Shown in pieces: positions 8,342-18,600 of a stretch of 64,000 nucleotides of DNA; the first letter of the stretch is position 1, and the number at the start of each line of letters is the position of its first letter. A program made the position numbers and the translations under genes. The stretch comes from a virus. The notes beneath the pieces are model-generated. The model had not been told where the DNA came from. It worked only from the letters and a program-made list of their open reading frames with translations, and made no database searches. Where the stretch lies: positions 81,505 to 145,504 of the IMG/VR virus record IMGVR_UViG_3300020383_000006. One strand, 5' to 3'.

Positions 8342-9942
8342 TAGAACGATTCCCCTTCAATTTCTTCAAAACTAACTCCAGCGCCAACGGCAGTGAAGTT
8401 AAGGCGAATATTGTTAATTGAACGTGCTGGGTCAATCATAATATCACCAACAAATTCAAAATTATCAATAACTTGTTCGGTGTTATTAGTATCATCAGCG
8501 ACTACTTTGAAACGACGAATACCTCTACGCCCTTGAACGCCACCTAAGTAACGATCACTTGAGTTCTTAAATGAAGAACGCGTGATTTGGTCGTTAAATT
8601 CAAATAACTGATAACGAGCCGCACGAGCAATAGATTTCTTGACAACTATAAACAAGTTACGAACGTTTACCCTACTGAAAGCAGAAGGACGTTTTAGCAT
8701 TGTTTTATCACCAAATAAAACTTTACCTTCACCTTCAAAATCAACAATTGAATTGATATTGTATTTATATAACTCATTCCTTGTTGTTTCGTCAGGATTC
8801 CAGGCAAGTTCAATAGCGTTAAGCAATTGTCCACGATTTAGTCCAGCGAATGAGAACCAAGGTTCGTTTCTAGCGAACGTTCTAGCTTCAAGACCAGCTG
8901 TATCAGAATCACAAGGAATCCATACGTTAGTATCATTGTACTTATCGTAAACTTTTTTCCAGTTATCTGAACCGAACGCATAAGAAGTATTTTTATTAAT
9001 TGTAGAGTTAAAATAATCTTTAACATCTTCCAATGCACTTGCATTATTTAAAACGTCAGACAATTCTGGAGCAAAGTGAGTTTTACAATCTTGGCGTTGG
9101 TCGCATAAATCAATTAATGATGCAACTGATGTTGCAGGCATGACTGAAGCAAATGCGCTAATGAAATCAAGTTTTTCTTTATTAGAAAGGACTTGAATTG
9201 CTGTATCAAAGTCGGCAGCAGTAGAATCATTTCCATCTACACCACCAGAAAATGAAGCTTCAAAAACGCCTTCACTACCAGTTTCATCTAACAAGACAGC
9301 AGAAAAATCACCAAGGTAAATGTATTCTGATTGCTCCATCAATACTTTTTCGATGAAAGCTGAAGTTCCATCAGGTTTTTTACTTCCTTGAACGTTAGTC
9401 ATTAATTCATAACTTTCAAGAATTGCGCCTTTTGAACCAGAAATCAATCCACCTTCGTCTACCACAACTAAGTTGAATTCACCTTCTTCTGGTACATATT
9501 GAAATTCACCAGCATAAGCCCAGTTGTCATAATCAAAATTATCAGCAACTGATACTTTTAATGAATTACCTAATGCCCCAGGATATTTAGCAATAAACGC
9601 CTTTCCTGTTGTATCAGTAGTTTCTAATTCACTTTCATTTTTAATTAAAACACCTGTGCCTGAAGAATCAGCGTTTTTTGCAACTAAATCATCAATAGCA
9701 CGAACCACAAATAATGGGTTTGCGTATTTAAGATAATTTGCTGCTGATAAGAAAAACTGTGATACTTCATTATTAGGGCGACCAAACTTTTGTAAAAGTT
9801 CTTTTTCATCAGTCGTAATTCTAATCGCCTTGTTCACAGGTCCCCAACGAAATAGACCCACCATTGCAGAAGCAGAACTATTCTGTCCTGCAACGTACAG
9901 GCTTCTATCACGTTCAAATGTTTGTACATTTGGACTGCTCAT
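8341..9942 (-). CDS. gp18: tail sheath protein
   Basis: GLFRWGP, AKYPGALGNSLKV, PWFSFAGLNRG, LFGDKT, SAFSRVNVRNLF, LFEFNDQITR. Confidence 0.97.
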   Translation of the reverse strand: MSSPNVQTFERDRSLYVAGQNSSASAMVGLFRWGPVNKAIRITTDEKELLQKFGRPNNEVSQFFLSAANYLKYANPLFVVRAIDDLVAKNADSSGTGVLIKNESELETTDTTGKAFIAKYPGALGNSLKVSVADNFDYDNWAYAGEFQYVPEEGEFNLVVVDEGGLISGSKGAILESYELMTNVQGSKKPDGTSAFIEKVLMEQSEYIYLGDFSAVLLDETGSEGVFEASFSGGVDGNDSTAADFDTAIQVLSNKEKLDFISAFASVMPATSVASLIDLCDQRQDCKTHFAPELSDVLNNASALEDVKDYFNSTINKNTSYAFGSDNWKKVYDKYNDTNVWIPCDSDTAGLEARTFARNEPWFSFAGLNRGQLLNAIELAWNPDETTRNELYKYNINSIVDFEGEGKVLFGDKTMLKRPSAFSRVNVRNLFIVVKKSIARAARYQLFEFNDQITRSSFKNSSDRYLGGVQGRRGIRRFKVVADDTNNTEQVIDNFEFVGDIMIDPARSINNIRLNFTAVGAGVSFEEIEGESF

Positions 9943-9982
9943 TTATAACACCTCTCTAAATGTAGGATAAAAATTACCGTTT

Positions 9983-9994
9983 TATTTATTTATT
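9983..9994 (-). promoter_or_regulatory. late promoter variant AATAAATA, overlapping tandem copies (gp18)
   Basis: TATTTATTTATT on the plus strand in the gp17-gp18 gap. Confidence 0.6.
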
Positions 9995-10005
9995 AAACGT
10001 TAATC

Positions 10006-11850
10006 TTAAAATTCTCCGAACGTTGGATCTTCAATTATTCTGTAACCAACATCTGGATCAACATCTTCACCTAATTCCATAAACGAATCACCATCAAATA
10101 AACTTCTACCGTCATCTATAATACCGAACGGCATTAATTCTTCTTCTCTTTCTTTTTTCGCTTGGTCAACTAATGAACTTCTGACATTAACATCAGTTAA
10201 TTCTTTAAAGAATTCTGAGTTAGATAACCAAGCAAACATAACCAAAGGCATAACTAAATCATCATGAGCACCCTCAGCCGCAGCATACGAACCGCCTTTA
10301 GGCACAAAATCACCTAATTCATCAACTATGTTCATATGGTTAGGGTTAAATCTTCCTCGCTCAATCATTGTTTTAAGGTTTGCACACCCAATACGCTTGA
10401 CGGACTTAGACATTTTCACGCCTATTCTACCATCAACTCTAAACGTTGGTGATTGCTGACCTTTTTCAGCAACGGTAAAGATAACATTTTCGTATTCTAA
10501 ATCGTGGTATAAATCGCTACTGACTTGATGACCTGTACTTTCGTTTTCTATAAGTACCCAAGCCGCATTATATTCACCAGCCACGTTATAAATTAATTCA
10601 GGTAATATAAGGCTTGATAACTTATTGTCGTGATACACACAAACAACTTCATACGGGTCTACAGATATATCTACAACTATCACTCCGTGGTAATCACCAC
10701 CAACGCCTTCTGAACAGTCCACTAAGCAGACATATTCATGACCCTCTATAGGTTTATGATATATGAATAACTTCCCTTCATTTAGCTCTTCAAGAGGTTC
10801 CTTAGTAATTAACTGCTCTAAGTAATTACCGGAAATAAGTGAGTTTGTGCTTCCACGGAAATGGCATTCGTGTTCTTGACGGAACTGTTCAGGTGAAGTG
10901 TTATTGATCGTTTCTTCTTTCCACGCCTGATCACGTCCAGGAACCATATCCCAAGTAACAAGTTTTTGAGCGTATGAGTTTTTACCAGCTTCAGATTCTT
11001 GCCAAAGTTTATAGAACATTCCACGAGTACCGTTCGGTGTAGAAGTCACGATAACTTTAGAATTTTTACCAGAAGCAATTGTTGGATAGGTAGACTCATA
11101 GAAAGCCATATCATTGGGAATAAATGCCGCTTCATCAATATAAAGTAATGCAATAGATTTACCACGAATTGAACTTGATGAAGAAGCCGCTGAAAAGGCT
11201 TTAGAATTATTACTGAATACAACACTTTGTTTGTTGTAAACTTTAACTCCAGGTTGCAAAAAACAAGGAATTGATTCGTAAGATAATTGGACACGCTCAA
11301 GGATTTCTTGTGCTTGTGATGATTTGTTGGCTAATATTGCAGAAGTTTTAGCTTCTGAAAATATACTAAACCATAACAAATATGATGCCGTGGTCTGGGT
11401 TTTACCTGTTTGGCGCGATTGCATTGAAATAATGAATCGGTTGTTTTGGTACAAATCAAGTAAGTCTTCTTGGAAATCCCAAAGGTCAAATGGTATGATA
11501 CCATCATCAATAGATATAATTTTTACATATTTTCTAGTAAAATAAACAACGTCTAAAGCACATTTAATCCATTCCAGTTTTTGCTTAACTGTAAATTTCT
11601 TTTCGTTCTTTTTTATGCCGTGACGAAGTAACCCTTCTTTATTTTGGTACCACCAATGTTCAGGAACTTCTTCAAAATTCCAATCATCAACAGTAATACC
11701 CATCGTATCCTTTCTTAGGAATTTCTTTACAAGACCTTTATTTTCGTCATAAAATTCTTTTAAGTTTGGAAATGGACAAACATTTTCAAACTCATAAATT
11801 TTATTCGTTATAGTTGTATCATTACTTGTATCAATCTTCCTGATTTTCAT
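10006..11850 (-). CDS. gp17: terminase large subunit
   Basis: SRQTGKT Walker A, LYIDEAAFI Walker B, TSTPNG, FRQEHEC, HDDLVM nuclease motif. Confidence 0.98.
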   Translation of the reverse strand: MKIRKIDTSNDTTITNKIYEFENVCPFPNLKEFYDENKGLVKKFLRKDTMGITVDDWNFEEVPEHWWYQNKEGLLRHGIKKNEKKFTVKQKLEWIKCALDVVYFTRKYVKIISIDDGIIPFDLWDFQEDLLDLYQNNRFIISMQSRQTGKTQTTASYLLWFSIFSEAKTSAILANKSSQAQEILERVQLSYESIPCFLQPGVKVYNKQSVVFSNNSKAFSAASSSSSIRGKSIALLYIDEAAFIPNDMAFYESTYPTIASGKNSKVIVTSTPNGTRGMFYKLWQESEAGKNSYAQKLVTWDMVPGRDQAWKEETINNTSPEQFRQEHECHFRGSTNSLISGNYLEQLITKEPLEELNEGKLFIYHKPIEGHEYVCLVDCSEGVGGDYHGVIVVDISVDPYEVVCVYHDNKLSSLILPELIYNVAGEYNAAWVLIENESTGHQVSSDLYHDLEYENVIFTVAEKGQQSPTFRVDGRIGVKMSKSVKRIGCANLKTMIERGRFNPNHMNIVDELGDFVPKGGSYAAAEGAHDDLVMPLVMFAWLSNSEFFKELTDVNVRSSLVDQAKKEREEELMPFGIIDDGRSLFDGDSFMELGEDVDPDVGYRIIEDPTFGEF

Positions 11851-12355
11851 TATTTGGTTCTTCTTTTTTATTATCTAGTTCTTCAAGTTCACGTTCTAGA
11901 TCATCAATTTCTTTTTTATCAGAGTTGTAGTAATGGTTATTGACTTGGGTATAATTAGATTGACCTTCACCACCTTCATCTAATTTATCTTTCAACGTTT
12001 TATGTAAATTAATAAGTTCTTTTGAAATATTAGACGAATTATTCATCAACTGCCCAGCAACTTCTAATGCTCTTGGGTGTTCACTTAACATAGCCAATTT
12101 TAATGCTTGTTCTATAGCAAAGTTAGTTCTACCCATTAACCCGTATAAATTAGAACGTGCGTTCTTATAATCTTCAAGCAAATCCGCTTGTGAAGAAATT
12201 GCTGTAGAATCTTTATTATCATAAGTTACTGGTGTTATTTCAATATTATCGAATACTGAACCTTCTTGTTCCTGAACTTCTGTATTAGAATTATCCCCAG
12301 GAACTTCTTTTTCCAGTAACTCAGTTAATTGTTTTTCAAAATTAGAATTTGGCAT
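11831..12355 (-). CDS. gp16: terminase small subunit
   Basis: DYKNARSNLY, SEHPRALEVAGQLM; lies upstream of gp17. Confidence 0.9.
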   Translation of the reverse strand: MPNSNFEKQLTELLEKEVPGDNSNTEVQEQEGSVFDNIEITPVTYDNKDSTAISSQADLLEDYKNARSNLYGLMGRTNFAIEQALKLAMLSEHPRALEVAGQLMNNSSNISKELINLHKTLKDKLDEGGEGQSNYTQVNNHYYNSDKKEIDDLERELEELDNKKEEPNNENQED

Positions 12356-13053
12356 TATTCAGTTATCACCTGTTGTTCATCAGTCAATTCAACTTTGGGG
12401 TCTAATTCAAAATAATTGACATTAACTTGTTTAATAACTTTTTGGTTTCTGGTTGCTCTATACAACCAACCTTTTAACGTAATACTAAACGATGATTCTA
12501 TAATTTGAGGGTCTTCAAATTCCCCTTCATAATTATTTTCTAATGAGGAATCATCTAACGTAACTATAACCGAAGAACTTGAATTTAAATCGTTGTTATC
12601 TTTGACAACAACTTCTATTTCAGGGTCTATTGCTGTTAATATTTGTTCAACAATTTGTAAATTATCTTCAAGGTATTTTGTTTTCGCTCTAACTTCAAAT
12701 TGGAAATTATAAGGAATTCTATTATATTGGAAATCTGAACTACCATCAGTTTCTCTATTGAAACTGTTACTAGATAACTTATTGTTTCTATTAGTCATCC
12801 TAGAATCGTCACGTTCCCAACCTGTTAATAAGAAAGCCATTCTAGGTAAATTCATATTATACCCAAGGTCATCCCGACCGCTTCTATCAACTTCATTGGC
12901 TTCGTTATTCTTTTGTTTACCAGAATACTGGATAGGTACTTTAATCACTTTACCGTTATGGCGTTTTATTTTTATGTCATTGAATATTGACCCAATAATC
13001 CCAGTATAGATCCATATTGTTTTATGGTAAGAATATTTTTCTAATAACATCAC
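12355..13053 (-). CDS. gp15: tail sheath stabilizer/completion protein
   Basis: GSIFNDIKI, KVPIQY, LPRMAF, PYNFQF, LQIVEQIL. Confidence 0.92.
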   Translation of the reverse strand: MMLLEKYSYHKTIWIYTGIIGSIFNDIKIKRHNGKVIKVPIQYSGKQKNNEANEVDRSGRDDLGYNMNLPRMAFLLTGWERDDSRMTNRNNKLSSNSFNRETDGSSDFQYNRIPYNFQFEVRAKTKYLEDNLQIVEQILTAIDPEIEVVVKDNNDLNSSSSVIVTLDDSSLENNYEGEFEDPQIIESSFSITLKGWLYRATRNQKVIKQVNVNYFELDPKVELTDEQQVITE

Positions 13054-13676
13054 TTAACTCCGAACGGGTTGTTTGGGTCAAATTCTAAATATTCATTAGA
13101 TTCAAAATCATCATTATCACCGCCTGATGATTCAGTATCATTTTCAGAATCATAAATTTCCATTTCAACTAAGTAATCTTCAATATCATAACCGATTGTA
13201 TCAATATCTTCATGAGAATAATCAAACGCAACTACTTTAAGTTCATAAACGTAGTTTTTTCCTTTTTCGAAAAATTCAGATTCTTCTTCACAATATTTTA
13301 ATTCTAATAACGAATTGGTTACTGGGATATAAAGTAAATCGCCAGCTTGGGGTTTATCAATATTGGGAAACTTTTCTCCGAATACTTTCTTAGATACAAC
13401 ATAAGAAGCAGTATCCTGAAACTCATGTGCAAAGAAAGTCATTCCTTCCATTCCACCAAACCCATCAACGCTTACTGGATACATTGGTAATCTTTCAAAA
13501 TGTTCATAATAAGCAGAAGAATCTTCATTGTATAAAAAATCAATATTATCTTGTGAACGACGGATGTAAAAAACCTCAAGACCCATATTGAATATTGTTT
13601 CATCAACTAGGTCTTGAATTAGGTTTTGTTCATTACTTGCGTTGTAATGATTAAAATGCTTATTAGTTACACTCAT
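13050..13676 (-). CDS. gp14: neck protein
   Basis: EQNLIQDLVDETI, PQAGDLLYIP, FDYSHEDIDT, FDPNNPFG. Confidence 0.93.
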   Translation of the reverse strand: MSVTNKHFNHYNASNEQNLIQDLVDETIFNMGLEVFYIRRSQDNIDFLYNEDSSAYYEHFERLPMYPVSVDGFGGMEGMTFFAHEFQDTASYVVSKKVFGEKFPNIDKPQAGDLLYIPVTNSLLELKYCEEESEFFEKGKNYVYELKVVAFDYSHEDIDTIGYDIEDYLVEMEIYDSENDTESSGGDNDDFESNEYLEFDPNNPFGVK

Positions 13677-13685
13677 TATAATTTT

Positions 13686-13693
13686 TATTTATA
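13686..13693 (-). promoter_or_regulatory. late promoter TATAAATA (gp14); second copy at 13708-13715
   Basis: Exact consensus upstream of gp14. Confidence 0.65.
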
Positions 13694-13706
13694 GAAACCA
13701 TAAGTA

Positions 13707-13997
13707 TTATTTATACTGGGTTATACTACCATTAATAGTTTTTTCTGAATACGTTACAGCCCCAACATAAGCAATAACGATAGAAGAAAAGAAACCTATA
13801 AGAGCAATGAATATCCCATTAAACTCTGAAGCGGCTTTTGCTTGTTCAATATCAACAAGGTACGCTCCAGCTAAAAAAATAATTGAAATTAGCATCAAAA
13901 ACCCGAATGAAGCTAATGCTAACCTTCTTCTAATTTTCCATTTTCTACGATCCCTTTCAAATTCAGCTTGTTCTTTTTCTTTTTCAAAGGTATCCAT
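13707..13997 (-). CDS. two-TM membrane protein, possible holin
   Basis: Basic N-terminus (RRKWKIRRR) followed by two hydrophobic helices; about 1 kb from the endolysin. Confidence 0.5.
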   Translation of the reverse strand: MDTFEKEKEQAEFERDRRKWKIRRRLALASFGFLMLISIIFLAGAYLVDIEQAKAASEFNGIFIALIGFFSSIVIAYVGAVTYSEKTINGSITQYK

Positions 13998-14286
13998 TTT
14001 TATTTCCCAAAAATTGATTCCAACTAATTAATTCAGGTGATTTTACTTTTGGCCATAGACCATAACCAAAGAAATTAAATTGTTTGTATTTCATGATTCC
14101 TATTGGTGTTATACCTTCTCTTTCTTCAGGTTCTAACCTTAAAAAAGTTCTTGCGTCACAAAAAGGTTCAAGAACTTTTTGATCATTAAATTTAAAACCT
14201 GAATCATACATAACCATATATTCAGTAACAAATCTAGGGACAATAAAATCATAAATATCAAACAATAATTCTTTTATATTACCCAT
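13984..14286 (-). CDS. hypothetical protein
   Basis: Tightly packed ORF in the late operon. Confidence 0.6.
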   Translation of the reverse strand: MGNIKELLFDIYDFIVPRFVTEYMVMYDSGFKFNDQKVLEPFCDARTFLRLEPEEREGITPIGIMKYKQFNFFGYGLWPKVKSPELISWNQFLGNKNGYL

Positions 14287-14289
14287 ATT

Positions 14290-15033
14290 TTACCCCACGA
14301 TAAATGAAAGAGGTTCGCTATATTTTTCTTCAAGTTCAACTTCTAATTGTTCTATTTCTTCTACTGCTTCATCATATATTTGTTGACCGTTTAATTCGAC
14401 GCCACCGAGAAGTTGAACACCGCTCATTTTCTTCATGTTGTTCCCCCACTGCTTCTTAATTAAAGCAGTCGTATACTTCTTCAGCCATACCTCATTAAAC
14501 ATGCTAGGGGCATTTTGTGGGTCTAATAAGCGGATAACTTTAAACCCTAAAGGATAATCAACACCAAGTTCACCTAAAGAAGAAGCTGAATTAATATAAA
14601 TTCTGTTTTGGTGTCTAACAAAATTATATGAACTTGCACCTGATAACATGTCAGAAACAGAATTGTAATTAAACATTTTCATAAAATAATCTGAAGAATC
14701 AAATGGAGTAAAATTACTTAATTCTTGCATTGCTACTTGATACTGATATGAAAATAAGCTATTGTGAGCAACAATTTCATTAATAGGCATAATATCGGTT
14801 ACAACTAAAATATTATCCGGTAATGACATATAACCGTTATCGATATCTTCTTGAGTTATTTTGTAACTAACCCATTCTTCTACTGAACCGTCATAGTGTT
14901 CTTCGGTATATTTTTGTAGAGCATCATCAATTCTGTCCTGAATTTGTTCTTCAGCGACATTAATATTAATGACTGGTTTACCCAATTGTCTTAGGCAATA
15001 TTCTTTTAATTTTTCTCTACTATTAACAGACAT
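14290..15033 (-). CDS. gp13: neck protein
   Basis: LKEYCLRQLGKPVININV, WLKKYTTALIKKQWGNNMKK, GGVELNG. Confidence 0.95.
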   Translation of the reverse strand: MSVNSREKLKEYCLRQLGKPVININVAEEQIQDRIDDALQKYTEEHYDGSVEEWVSYKITQEDIDNGYMSLPDNILVVTDIMPINEIVAHNSLFSYQYQVAMQELSNFTPFDSSDYFMKMFNYNSVSDMLSGASSYNFVRHQNRIYINSASSLGELGVDYPLGFKVIRLLDPQNAPSMFNEVWLKKYTTALIKKQWGNNMKKMSGVQLLGGVELNGQQIYDEAVEEIEQLEVELEEKYSEPLSFIVG

Positions 15034-15034
15034 C

Positions 15035-15622
15035 TTATTTTACCTTTTCAAAATGCGGTGCATCAATAAAAGGCTTTTCACCTTTCTTTTTCTTGAATTG
15101 TTTGTACTGGTTAACGTCCCTTTCAGGATCATTTATAAAACGCAACTTTTTCCAACAACCACCCCACCTCATTTCAAGGTTAGGGTATTTTTCCTCTCTT
15201 AATCTTTCTTGCGCCTTTTTAAATGCTTCTACAATAGGAAAATAATAACGATAATCCCAAACAGCTTTACCATCAACATAAGCAAAAACGTCTACTGCCA
15301 ATCCATCTAAGTGTTTAGATTTCAGTGTTTGGGTTTTGCCCTCATCCAATAATTTCTTTTGTCTTTCTAAAGAACGTAGACCTTCAGAAACACCGAAATC
15401 AACTTCTGAATAAGAAATTGCTAACTTAGCCAATTCCGCAATTTCTTTATCTACTCCTTCAAGGTTTTTTAAGCTGTTATTAGAAAACTTAAATTTGTTT
15501 ATTGGTTTCGGTAAGTTGTCTAATTGTTGATTCGAGGGTTGTGACTCTTTTTTCGAGGTCTGCAACGACCCGAAACAATTCACGACTTTTCTTTTTAGAC
15601 CGTTTATAATTTTCATACTCAC
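15035..15622 (-). CDS. endolysin, peptidase M15 (L-Ala-D-Glu peptidase type); start uncertain
   Basis: FSNNSLKNLEGV, DFGVSEGLRSLERQ, SKHLDGLAVD, RWGGCW, FIDAPHFE zinc-peptidase motifs. Confidence 0.9.
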   Translation of the reverse strand: MSMKIINGLKRKVVNCFGSLQTSKKESQPSNQQLDNLPKPINKFKFSNNSLKNLEGVDKEIAELAKLAISYSEVDFGVSEGLRSLERQKKLLDEGKTQTLKSKHLDGLAVDVFAYVDGKAVWDYRYYFPIVEAFKKAQERLREEKYPNLEMRWGGCWKKLRFINDPERDVNQYKQFKKKKGEKPFIDAPHFEKVK

Positions 15623-15695
15623 TCACATTTGTATTTGAAATTGTACCAGTATGAGGGTCTTTAACAAGACCCTCTTTACCCGTTATCCTATGCAT
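15489..15695 (-). CDS. small conserved virion-module protein
   Basis: LVKDPHTGTISNTNVSEYENY plus a coiled coil; resembles the small gene that follows VrlC-like genes in T4-like cyanophages (from recall). Confidence 0.65.
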   Translation of the reverse strand: MHRITGKEGLVKDPHTGTISNTNVSEYENYKRSKKKSRELFRVVADLEKRVTTLESTIRQLTETNKQI

Positions 15696-15699
15696 ATAT

Positions 15700-18600
15700 T
15701 TAACCTTTCAAGTTTGCTATACAACGCAACCTTTTACAAATAGGTGCCATAGAAGCGTTTTTAGATTTAAGTTGAATCATTACTTGGTAATGAGTAAACT
15801 CGCTTCTACCTTCTACAGCAAATTCACATTCCCTATATTCATTAGGTGAAGTATTATAAACAATTTGATTTAATGGTTCCCATGAAGATTCTAATACTTC
15901 TTCTTCAGAATTACCGTATCTAGCTGTGATTACTGTATCAGCTTCATCACCTTGCATAATATCCAAGAATATATTCAATGAATCGGCTGGTAATTTAAGA
16001 CCAGAAACTCTAGTTCTATAATTAGCGAAGTTATTAGAACCATCATTTAAATCTTGATCTTTATAATCTACCAAAACACAAGGCGTAATTACTGACAACC
16101 CTTGTAAATCTAATACTGGAGAAATATTAGAATTACCTGAATTCATTCTTAAACGGAATGAAAGGCTTCTAGAACCACCAATATTATTTTGTTCATCAAG
16201 TCTATTAGTAATAACCCAAGGTTGAGGTAATAGATTGTTCCTATCGTTAGCAACAGGGAAATATTGTGTCAGTTGACTATATGAGTTTTCATTGCCGTCA
16301 ATTGATTGCCCTCTTGTACCCTTAACACCGTATTCGACAGAAGTACCGTCTAATTCAATAGTAGGTACGTTCGGTCTCAATAAAGTTGCTTGTATCGTGT
16401 TTGAGACAGTTACTGTATCTTCCCCAATAAACCCTGAAGCGTTAGCAATCCCTGTAGAAGTTATTTCAATTCTATTAGGATCTAAAACATCAGTAATTGT
16501 CCAATCACCGTTAATTTCATTCAAAGCAAATCCATTACCGCCTGTTGCATTCTGAATAGTAATTGTACCACCCTGAATGTAGTTGTGTCTTGGTGCATGA
16601 ATAATTAATTTAGAACTTCCGTCTACTGTTTCAATTGGATTATTTTCCAATACAATTTTATCCAACTCAGTATTTTCTAAATATACCAATCCATTAGAAG
16701 AAGTATCAAAGTTAGCCATATAAATTCTAAATTGAAGGTCAGCCGTTTGGTCAGCTGTCCAAGTAGAATTATTTTGTGACTTAAACAATACACCCGCATA
16801 AGGTTGTTCAACAATATATTGGTTATTACCTAAGTTTCTTTCACCTAATCTACCAATCCATGCATTATAGTTATTTGAGTTGGACAAAATAACAAAACAA
16901 TATTCACTTTGATCAAGAAGGTGTACAGGGTACTCAAATTCAAACGTAGTAGGAACTGACCCGTCCTCAGAAGTATTAACTTCTGAAGGGTATAACATAA
17001 CGTCAGCCCCAGGAACAATCCTCTGAGTAGGTTGTCCATTTTCCATTTCGCGAACTTGTAACGTTACTGGTACGCGCTGATCTTTAGTAGCAAAGAAAAC
17101 ATCAATTTTCGTAATGAACCCGCCACCGTTTCTTTCTACTAAGAAAGATTGAGCTAATGGGTCAACCCAACGAGTTTGAGTGGTAGTTCTAGACGTTACC
17201 GAAGTTTCGATATTTCTAGTTGCTACAATCGTTCTACGTCTAACTTGACGAATACCGCTTGCAGTAAACATAGTTTCCGCATAAGAAGTAGATAATTGAC
17301 GATTATTATTTGGTTCATCCGTAACAATAAATTGCTTTTGACCCGTCTTAAACCTTCTTTGGCTTGTATTAGGGATTAAGAATACTGCTTCAAATTTACC
17401 ATCACCGTCAGTAACCACATCATTCCCATAAGAACCACCTACAGGCTTAACGTAATTGTTGATTTTAACGCTATCAAAGAAGAAGTGCATTTTAGCATTC
17501 GGTCTATTCCCTTCACCTTCAATAAGAATTTCTTTTGAACGCATATAAGGAATAACCGAAGTATCAATAACTTTGTCGTTAACAACTTCAATATTTGTTC
17601 TAGTTGTAGTGGTTGTATTAACAACAGTGGTTGAAATTCTTCGCTCCCTTCTACCTCTCATCGTTCTATTAGTAGAAGTTTCAGTTTCAGTTTCTGAAGT
17701 TTCTCCACCAACCCAATTCAATTCCCAAGAATTCCAAGTTTGAGTTAATTCACCATTATTGAATATTCTGTAAGTTACATCAGGTTGAGTATATATTGGG
17801 TCAATCCATGAATCAACTGAAGGAGTTAATGTAACTGCTCCATCCCAACGGAATACCGCATATGGGTTAACATTCATTGTTTCTGAACGTTGGTTTTGGG
17901 TAACATACGTTTCATGCGTAAATGGTAGTGTTACAATTTGGCCATTAACAACCACGCCCGTAGATGAAGAAGTATTCATTTCTAAATCTACAGCATTTAG
18001 TGAAAATTCAGGTCTAAGTTCGCCCTGTTCAGACATAGATACATGATAATTTTGCCAAGCAAAATCACCAACACTATGGTCAACGAAACGGTCAGTCAAG
18101 AAACCGTTTTTAAAACGATTCATACCTGTTTCGCCGTCAATAATTTGACGTGAATCAGCTTCTGATTCCAATGAATTTAGTGATACATAATATTCTACGT
18201 TAGATACACGTTGAGCAATATTACCAATATCCCTCATTGTATATCTTCTATTTTTAACCTTAATAGAATCAATTTCAGAAATATCCGGTGTGTACGCAGG
18301 GATTTCTATCTTATAAAGAACCATTGAATTCGGTGGATCGTTTGGTTCTTTAGGTTGTAACGCTGGTACACCTTTAGCAACTCTAAAGTTTTGACGTGAA
18401 TCCACATACAATTTGTCAATTCTAGGAAGGTAATGTTCAATATCAGAGCGCATGACACTATAAGGCGTCGGAATAGCCCCTGAAACGCTCCCTGTGGAGA
18501 AGAAGTCATCACCGCTATCGCTTACCCTTGGTCTAAAATCAATAACGTCTGACAGTCTTCTACCGTCCTCAGTTGGTACTTCGCCAAAAGGAATGTTTAC

